Part shown: piece after piece, positions 30,783 through 38,159 of the stretch
Layout: every line of letters begins with the position of its first letter
Numbering within the stretch: the stretch's first letter is position 1
NCBI GenBank assembly: GCA_038230375.1
Contig: JBBRNJ010000082.1
Location: 1-38,159 of the forward strand
From: Polyangiales bacterium
GTDB taxonomy: Bacteria > Myxococcota_A > Polyangia > Polyangiales > Polyangiaceae
Direction: 5' to 3'
Length of the DNA stretch: 38,159 bases
Notes under the pieces: generated by a model
The model's database searches: none
Told to the model about the DNA's origin: nothing
The model's input: only the letters and a program-made list of their open reading frames with translations
Translations under genes and position numbers: made by a program

Positions 30783-33782
30783 TCAGCCCTTCTTCCCCGC
30801 GCGCGCGGCACTCACGAGCGCATCGAAGTCCTGAGGCGAGAGCGCCACTGGCCGAGCGAGGTCGACGGGGACCTCACCATCGTGGACGAGATCGGCGAGC
30901 GCCTCCTCGAGGCGGACAACGCCGAGCGGCTTGCCCTTGGAGAGCAGCGTGGGAAGGAGCGACCACTTCGCGTCGCGGATGATCGTGTAGAGCGCGATGC
31001 TTTCGGGCAGGACCTCGTGGGCGGCGAACAGCTTCGTGCGGTCCGCGCTGGGCACGAGACGTTGACCGAGCACGAGACGCAGCGTGCTCGCGAGCGTGGC
31101 GCGCGTGAGCATCTGCTCTTGCACCGGAAAGCTCTCGACGAGGCGCTCGAGCGCGCGACCGGTGCTCTTCGCGCGCATCGTGGCGATCACGAGCCGGCCT
31201 TCCTCGGCGGCAGCGAGCGCAAGTCGCATCGTGCCTGTGTCCTCGACGTTGCCGATGCAGATGACGTCCGCGTCTGCCTTCACTGCCGCCGCGACGGCGC
31301 TGCCATAGCTTCGCGCGTGCACGCCGACATCCACGTGTGTGATCAGGCTGCGCTTGCGCGGATGTACGAACTCGACGGGCGCATCGATGACGACGACCCT
31401 GCGCGCAGAGCTCTCGTTGATGGCGTCGATGATGGCAGCCGCGGTGGTGGTCGCGCCGTGTCCCTTCGGACTGGTCACAAGCACGAGGCCGTGTGCGGCA
31501 CGCGACAGGGAGATCGCGCGCTCTGGGAGCTCGAGCGCGCCAAGAGCCGTGTTCGACGGAATGAAGCGGATGGAGACGTGTGTGGTGCCGCGCGCGCGCG
31601 CGAGGTGCACACGCAGGCGCCCTGCCGCAGGATGCTCGACCACGAACATCGCCGCGCCTTCGCGACGGAACTGAGGCGCAGCGGACGCCGGTAGCAACGA
31701 ATCAGCGACGCCCGCAACGAGCTCCAGCGGCACCGCCTCGGAGAGCGGCCGGAGCTCGCCGCCGATGCGCGCCATCGGGGCGCGGCCGCCGACGAGGTGT
31801 AGGTCCGTCGCGCGTTCGGCCTTGGCTTTTGCCAGCAGAGCCTCGACATCCACGTTGCCTTGCTTCGGCAACGCGAAGATCACCGCGCGTTCGACGCTGG
31901 GGTCGTCGCCGATGGGATCGAGGGTCCCGAAATTCTGCGCGAGCTCCGTGCTCGGGATCTGAGCGGATGCGATGGGTCCGACGTTGGTGGGGGTCATCGG
32001 CGCGAGGTCGCGCACTGACTCGCGCACGGGCGGGACAGGCACACCGGACGAGGCCACGGGCGCGGCAACGGACGACGCGGGCTCGACCCCCAGCGGCGCC
32101 GCTTTCGCGGGGATGGACGGGGGCATCGACGCAGGCCTGCTCGATGCAACGCCGCGCTCTTGCTCCGAGAGCGGCGGGGCTACGAGCGTATGGGAGTCAC
32201 CTATCTGACCAGTCTCCGTCGGCGCATCCCAGGCCTCCCACGTTGGCGGGGCACCAGCGACTGGCTCGACTGCGGGTGGCGGTGCCGCCGGAGGGGGAGC
32301 GGGAGCAGGCGGAGGTGGGGCTGGTGGAGGCGGCGCTGCCACGACGGGCGGCGGTTCCGGAGGCAGCGAGGGCCGGCGCGCCGGAGGCGGATTCTCCACC
32401 AGAACAAAGCCCGTCGGTGTGTCGATGCGCTTGGGTCCCGCGGCCGGAGGCGGGGGCGGCGCCGGCGGCACACCTGCCCGATGGCCCTGGAGGGACGGCG
32501 ACGTTCCCGTGGGCAAGCGGGGCTCGCGCGGCGGGGGCGGCGCCGCTGCGGACACCTGCGGGGCCGAGCCGGGCGAAGGCGGTGGCACCGGCAGCGGGAC
32601 AGGCGCCACCGCAGCGGGCTTCGTCGTAGGCGACTGCGGCTGGTTCTGTGCAGCCGCCTCGCGCGTGCGCGCGGGCTTCGGACGCGGGATGTCCTCCGAG
32701 TCACCCTGCGCAGGCGGAGGCGGCGCAGGCGCGCCCCGACTCGGATCGGGCGAACGCGCGACGACCGGCGGGAGCTGGATGGGCTGTATCGGCGCTGCGG
32801 GTGCTGCTGCTACCGGCGCGGGGGATGCCCCGGCTGCTGGACCGGGCGCTGTGGCGGGGGGGGCCGAAGGCACAAGCGGGGCCGGTGGCGCAGAGCCCGC
32901 AGCAAGCGCCGCCTTTGCAGCCTGAAGCGCCTCAGGGGACGTCCGCAAAGACACCGCGCTCGGCGCGAACGTCTGCACCGTGGGCTCGTTGTCGTCGTCG
33001 TCACCAAAGGCCAGCGGCTCGGGAGAAGACGGAGGAGAAGACGGAGGAGGAGGCGCCGGAGCAACGGCGGGCATGGCCCCTGACGGACGCGCCGCCACGG
33101 AGGGCATGGCTTGCGACGCGCGGGGCGACGCGGCACCGCCTGCGCCCGTGGCCTGCGCGGCTTGCGCGACCGGCCGTTGCGCCATCACATTGGTGTCCGA
33201 GTCGTGCTTCCTGTCGGCAGACGGACCACGTGCCTCTGGAGCCGCACGCGAGAACGTTTGCTTCTTTGCCTCTGACTTTCGCTCCACCGCTGGTGCTGCA
33301 GGCATGACCGCTGGTGCCGGACCTGCACCGGACACGGAGGCCGGGGAAGAGCCGCCAGAGGAGCGTCCTTCGACAGCCGGAAGCTTCGCCCGTACTTCGA
33401 CAGCCGGCGAGGGAGCAGGCGGACGCGCCTCGACGGCCGGCATCTGCGGTGCCGACTGGCGCGTACCAACCCCGGGCTCGCGGCGCGCAACCGTGAAGCG
33501 CGCTTGCACGACCTTCTCGCGCATGATCGCCGCGATCGCGATCACGCCAACGCCATCCAGGCGGGACGTCCATTGCGTGGGTTTCGCTGACAGGCTCTCG
33601 ACGTAGCGGCTGCCGCCCATGGCGACGAGCATCTCGAGCACGGCGTCCGTGCTCGGCGCCTTGTCATCCACCGGCTCGAACTTCCCGCCGATGTTGACGC
33701 TAGGAAGCCGATTCGACACGAGCCCGAACTCCAGGACCTCGGGCCTCGACAGATTCCGGAGCATCTCCTCGATGGTCTTCAT
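30783..33782 (-). CDS. Large PilT-like pseudo-ATPase: N-terminal PilT-like domain, long Pro/Ala linker, degenerate PilT domain
   Basis: Start MKTIEEMLRNL. The last ~355 aa follow PilT (ATDLHL, GLVLVT, PVEFVH, RLALAAAEEG, QRLVP, AAHE), but Walker A reads SPKGHGATT. Confidence 0.85.
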   Translation of the reverse strand: MKTIEEMLRNLSRPEVLEFGLVSNRLPSVNIGGKFEPVDDKAPSTDAVLEMLVAMGGSRYVESLSAKPTQWTSRLDGVGVIAIAAIMREKVVQARFTVARREPGVGTRQSAPQMPAVEARPPAPSPAVEVRAKLPAVEGRSSGGSSPASVSGAGPAPAVMPAAPAVERKSEAKKQTFSRAAPEARGPSADRKHDSDTNVMAQRPVAQAAQATGAGGAASPRASQAMPSVAARPSGAMPAVAPAPPPPSSPPSSPEPLAFGDDDDNEPTVQTFAPSAVSLRTSPEALQAAKAALAAGSAPPAPLVPSAPPATAPGPAAGASPAPVAAAPAAPIQPIQLPPVVARSPDPSRGAPAPPPPAQGDSEDIPRPKPARTREAAAQNQPQSPTTKPAAVAPVPLPVPPPSPGSAPQVSAAAPPPPREPRLPTGTSPSLQGHRAGVPPAPPPPPAAGPKRIDTPTGFVLVENPPPARRPSLPPEPPPVVAAPPPPAPPPPAPAPPPAAPPPAVEPVAGAPPTWEAWDAPTETGQIGDSHTLVAPPLSEQERGVASSRPASMPPSIPAKAAPLGVEPASSVAAPVASSGVPVPPVRESVRDLAPMTPTNVGPIASAQIPSTELAQNFGTLDPIGDDPSVERAVIFALPKQGNVDVEALLAKAKAERATDLHLVGGRAPMARIGGELRPLSEAVPLELVAGVADSLLPASAAPQFRREGAAMFVVEHPAAGRLRVHLARARGTTHVSIRFIPSNTALGALELPERAISLSRAAHGLVLVTSPKGHGATTTAAAIIDAINESSARRVVVIDAPVEFVHPRKRSLITHVDVGVHARSYGSAVAAAVKADADVICIGNVEDTGTMRLALAAAEEGRLVIATMRAKSTGRALERLVESFPVQEQMLTRATLASTLRLVLGQRLVPSADRTKLFAAHEVLPESIALYTIIRDAKWSLLPTLLSKGKPLGVVRLEEALADLVHDGEVPVDLARPVALSPQDFDALVSAARAGKKG

Positions 33783-33904
33783 CAGGCGGAACGTGGGCAC
33801 AAAAACCCACCCGAACCGCTAGACTACACCAACGAGAAACAGGCTCGCGGAATTATTCGACACTTCGATAAGGAGTCGGGTCGGGTCAGGCCGCTCAGGT
33901 CGCG

Positions 33905-35206
<1,302 letters not shown>

Positions 35207-37216
35207 CTAGCACGCGGCGGGGGGCGCCAAAAGGGTCGCGTAGAAGGCGCCCACTTCCTCCAGCGTTGTCAGACGTCTCGCATTCGGGAGCCCACGCACG
35301 AGCACCTTTCCGTAGCCCTTCGTGGCGAGACGCGGATCAAGGACGGCGACGACGCCCGCATCCTTGGTGCTGCGAATGAGCCGACCAAAACCCTGCTTCA
35401 AGGACAGCGCGGCCTCCGGAAGTGCGTAGTCGGCGAAGGGACTCTTTCCTTCCGCCTCGAGGCGCGCGGAACGAAACATGGTCAGCGGATCCGACGGGAC
35501 CGCGAACGGGATCTTGTCGAGCACCACGAGCCGCAGCGCGCGACCGCGGACGTCGACGCCCTCCCAGAAGCCCATCGTCGCGACCAGAACGTTGTCCTCA
35601 CGCTCGCGAAAGCGGCGAAGCAGCTCCTCCTTGGGCATCTCGCCTTGCACGAGCAGCTCGCCGGGGACGTGTCCCTCGAGCCCGCGGGCCAGGATGGCGC
35701 GCATGCGATGCGACGTCGTGAGCACGAAGGCTCCGCCGCCGGAGAGCGCCACGAGCTCGCGCGAGCGCTTCTGCGCCGCGATCTCGTACGAGGGTTCGCG
35801 CGGGTCGGGTAGATCATCCGCGACATAGAGTCCCGCATGCGTCTGGTAGTCGAACGGCGAGTCCACCTTCAACGTGGCGGAGGCCGCGGGCGCCCCGAGC
35901 CTGTCACGCAGGAAGTCGAACGTGCCCTTCTGCGTGGTGAGCGTGGCGCTCGTGAGCACCACTGCCGGGATGCGCTCGAAGAGGAGGCGCGACAGCGTGG
36001 GACCGATCTCCACGGGGCTGGTGCCGATGGAGATGCTGCGCTCCGTGGTCTGCACCCAGCACACGGCGCCGCTCCGCTCCTCCGCGCCACCGCCATCGCA
36101 GATGCGCGCCAGCATCGCGCGGAGCTCGTCGACGCGACCGGCAAGACGCTCGGAGGCTCCATCGACCGACTTTTCGAGCGCAAGCGCCGTGAGCAGCTCC
36201 AGTCCGGTGTCGAGCGCGAAATAGGCTTCTTTTGCTGCCTTTGGAAGCGCATCCGAGCGCAGCACCGCGCGCTCTTCGGCACCGCTCGGTCGCGGAAGCG
36301 CCCCGAAGAACTGCTCCCCTGCGCGAAGCAGACCGTCCGTGGCGCGCGTGGCGTCTGCAAGTGGAACGCCACTGGCGACGAGCGTGCCCTTCGCGTCACG
36401 CGCGAGCCGTGCGAGCTTGGCGTTGGAGACGGAGAAGCCAAAGAACTCGGTCGCGATGTCCTCGATCTTGTGCGCCTCGTCGAAGATGACCGCGTCGTAC
36501 GCCGGAAGCGCACCAGAGAAGGCCATGCCCGAGCGACGCAGCGCCAGATCGGCGAAGAAGAGGTGGTGGTTCGTCACGATCACGTCCGCAGCCTCGGCGT
36601 CGCGCCGCATGCGTGTGACGAAGCATTCGTCGTAGTGCTCGCACATGGGCCCCACGCGCGTGTCCGGTGATGAAGCGACGTCCGCCCACGCCGACGCGCC
36701 GTCGCGTAGCCACGACAGCTCCGACTTGTCACCGCGCGCGGTGCTCTTGCTCCACTCCGCGATGCGCCCGATGTCACCGGCATGCGGATTTCCGGGCGCG
36801 AGCCGCGCCTCCCCTAGCCTCCGCAGGCAAAGGTAATTGCCAAGGCCCTTCGCCTCTGCGATTCGTGGAAATATTCCGCGCGTGGCCAGCACCCGCGTGG
36901 CGATCACCGCGTCCTTGTCGACGATCTGCCTGAGCAGCGCGTTGGTGGCCGTCGCGATCACCACCTTCTTGTGCGTGAGCCCCGCGGCCAACAAGTACGC
37001 CAGCGTCTTCCCCGTCCCAGTACCGGCCTCCACGAACAGCGTCTCGTCACGCGAGAGTGCCGCGAACACCGCCTCGGCCATCTCCACCTGGCCCGGCCGT
37101 GCCTCGAAGCCCGAGAGCGCCTGCGAAAGCTCCGACGTGGCGCCGAAGAGCGCGCGCATCGGTGATGCCTGCTCGTCAGCGCGCGCTCCAGAAGGCTCGG
37201 GTTCCGGGGCGCTCAT
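35207..37216 (-). CDS. DinG/YoaA-family ATP-dependent DNA helicase
   Basis: Q-motif RPGQ, EAGTGTGKT, KGLGNYLC, VTNHHLFFAD, DEAH, TSATL, SPFDY, FWEGVDV, KIPF, QGFGRLIRS, DPR. Start uncertain. Confidence 0.93.
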   Translation of the reverse strand: MSAPEPEPSGARADEQASPMRALFGATSELSQALSGFEARPGQVEMAEAVFAALSRDETLFVEAGTGTGKTLAYLLAAGLTHKKVVIATATNALLRQIVDKDAVIATRVLATRGIFPRIAEAKGLGNYLCLRRLGEARLAPGNPHAGDIGRIAEWSKSTARGDKSELSWLRDGASAWADVASSPDTRVGPMCEHYDECFVTRMRRDAEAADVIVTNHHLFFADLALRRSGMAFSGALPAYDAVIFDEAHKIEDIATEFFGFSVSNAKLARLARDAKGTLVASGVPLADATRATDGLLRAGEQFFGALPRPSGAEERAVLRSDALPKAAKEAYFALDTGLELLTALALEKSVDGASERLAGRVDELRAMLARICDGGGAEERSGAVCWVQTTERSISIGTSPVEIGPTLSRLLFERIPAVVLTSATLTTQKGTFDFLRDRLGAPAASATLKVDSPFDYQTHAGLYVADDLPDPREPSYEIAAQKRSRELVALSGGGAFVLTTSHRMRAILARGLEGHVPGELLVQGEMPKEELLRRFREREDNVLVATMGFWEGVDVRGRALRLVVLDKIPFAVPSDPLTMFRSARLEAEGKSPFADYALPEAALSLKQGFGRLIRSTKDAGVVAVLDPRLATKGYGKVLVRGLPNARRLTTLEEVGAFYATLLAPPAAC

Positions 37217-37266
37217 CGGGCGTTTTCTAGTCGAAGTCGAGCAGGGAGGGTACGCTTCCCTTTTGG

Positions 37267-38159
37267 ATGCGCGAAGTACGCAAGAAGAAGACTGAAGCCC
37301 GCGCACCGGGCCTCCCGGCGTCCGCGCCGGCCTCGTCGACATCGTCCACCGTGGTGGAGCTCTCGCTCTCCATCGCGAAGGACGGCCTGGGTCTCTCGCT
37401 CTCCGCGCCGGTGCCGCTGGGCCCCCTCGAGGCGCTCGAGCTCTCGTTCATGCTGCCCGGCCTGAAGTTCCCGCTGGACGTGTCGGGCGGCGTCGCGCGC
37501 TTTCGTCACCGACGCGGCACCATGGCGCGCCTGCTGCTTTCGCTGTCGTACGAACGCCTGGCCGCGTTCGCGCGCGAGCAGCTCCCTGGCGTGCTCTCTC
37601 CGCGCCCGCCCGAGGTGACCGTCAGCGCGAAGCACGACGTCATCTCGATCGCCCTCTCGTGCCCCGACACCATGCGCGCCCTCGCGTTCGACGTGGCGCC
37701 GAAGAGCCGCGGAAGGACCCTCGTTCTGGTCATGTCGCAGGCGCGAGGCGCGAGGCTCCCGACGTCGGCAACAGCGCTTGCGCTCGGGGCGTTCGCAAGG
37801 CTCGTGTCGTCGCACGGCCGCGTGGAGGGTGCCATCGCCACCTTCGACGACATCCCTGATGTGGTGGCCCGTGCCGTGCTGCCCGAAGCAGGCGCGCGGG
37901 TGCCCGATGCCGGCTCGCTGCAAAGCATGCAGTTTACATGGAATACCCTCGGCGTGCTCCTGCGCTTGTCGGAGGATCCCGACCCCCGCGAGGCCAGCGC
38001 CCGCGCCGCGCTCGACCTGGAGTCCGCCGCGCTCTCGCGCGACGCAGACGTGCTCTTGCTCTCACGCGACACCGACAAGGCGCGCCAGAAGCTCCTCCAT
38101 CTGCTGTCGCTGGCGCCGCGGTCGCCTGCGCTTTGCGTGCGGCTTGCGGAGATAGACGC
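37267..38159 (+). CDS. Hypothetical protein, probably TPR-containing (3'-truncated; absent from the ORF track)
   Basis: Frame open from ATG 37267 (MREVRKKK...LPGLKFPLDVSGGVARFRHRRG...LPEAGARVP...ARQKLLHLLSLAPRSPALCVRLAEID) to the window end; the last segment looks like a TPR helix pair. Confidence 0.8.
   Translation, partial: MREVRKKKTEARAPGLPASAPASSTSSTVVELSLSIAKDGLGLSLSAPVPLGPLEALELSFMLPGLKFPLDVSGGVARFRHRRGTMARLLLSLSYERLAAFAREQLPGVLSPRPPEVTVSAKHDVISIALSCPDTMRALAFDVAPKSRGRTLVLVMSQARGARLPTSATALALGAFARLVSSHGRVEGAIATFDDIPDVVARAVLPEAGARVPDAGSLQSMQFTWNTLGVLLRLSEDPDPREASARAALDLESAALSRDADVLLLSRDTDKARQKLLHLLSLAPRSPALCVRLAEID

Noticed and set aside
29680..33782. Calling the pilT-like genes pseudogenes, or naming them pilT/pilU
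   Set aside because: The reading frames are intact with structural motifs retained, so they are not evident pseudogenes. Catalytic motifs are missing, so canonical names are not justified.

Overview
A GC-rich (about 68-70% by eye) chromosomal window. Gene content and style suggest a myxobacterium of the Polyangiales/Labilithrix-Sorangium type: an MglA-like GTPase, a Hanks kinase next to a TPR/PEGA protein, Cys-rich lipoproteins and an FGE-sulfatase protein. It holds about 29 CDSs, two of them cut by the window edges. Housekeeping genes include glgP, gyrA, nth, meaB, queG, a TrmN6-like methyltransferase, eno and a DinG/YoaA helicase. I saw no rRNA, tRNA, CRISPR array or mobile element. The most notable observations: (1) a tandem pair of PilT-like proteins that have both lost key catalytic residues, one with an extra N-terminal PilT-like domain on a ~540-aa Pro/Ala tether; (2) an MglA-type GTPase with no adjacent mglB, fused to a possible HEPN-like helical domain; (3) a kinase / TPR-PEGA / lipoprotein operon that could span the envelope; (4) a stand-alone DUF4347-like His-Cys peptidase divergent from an Imm5-like/Tudor-like protein; (5) a GyrA with Ala at the Ser83 position, and a YoaA-like helicase missing one Fe-S cysteine; (6) palindromes upstream of glgP and a hairpin-rich intergenic region upstream of gyrA. 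All family assignments come from motifs recognised by eye; no database search was run.
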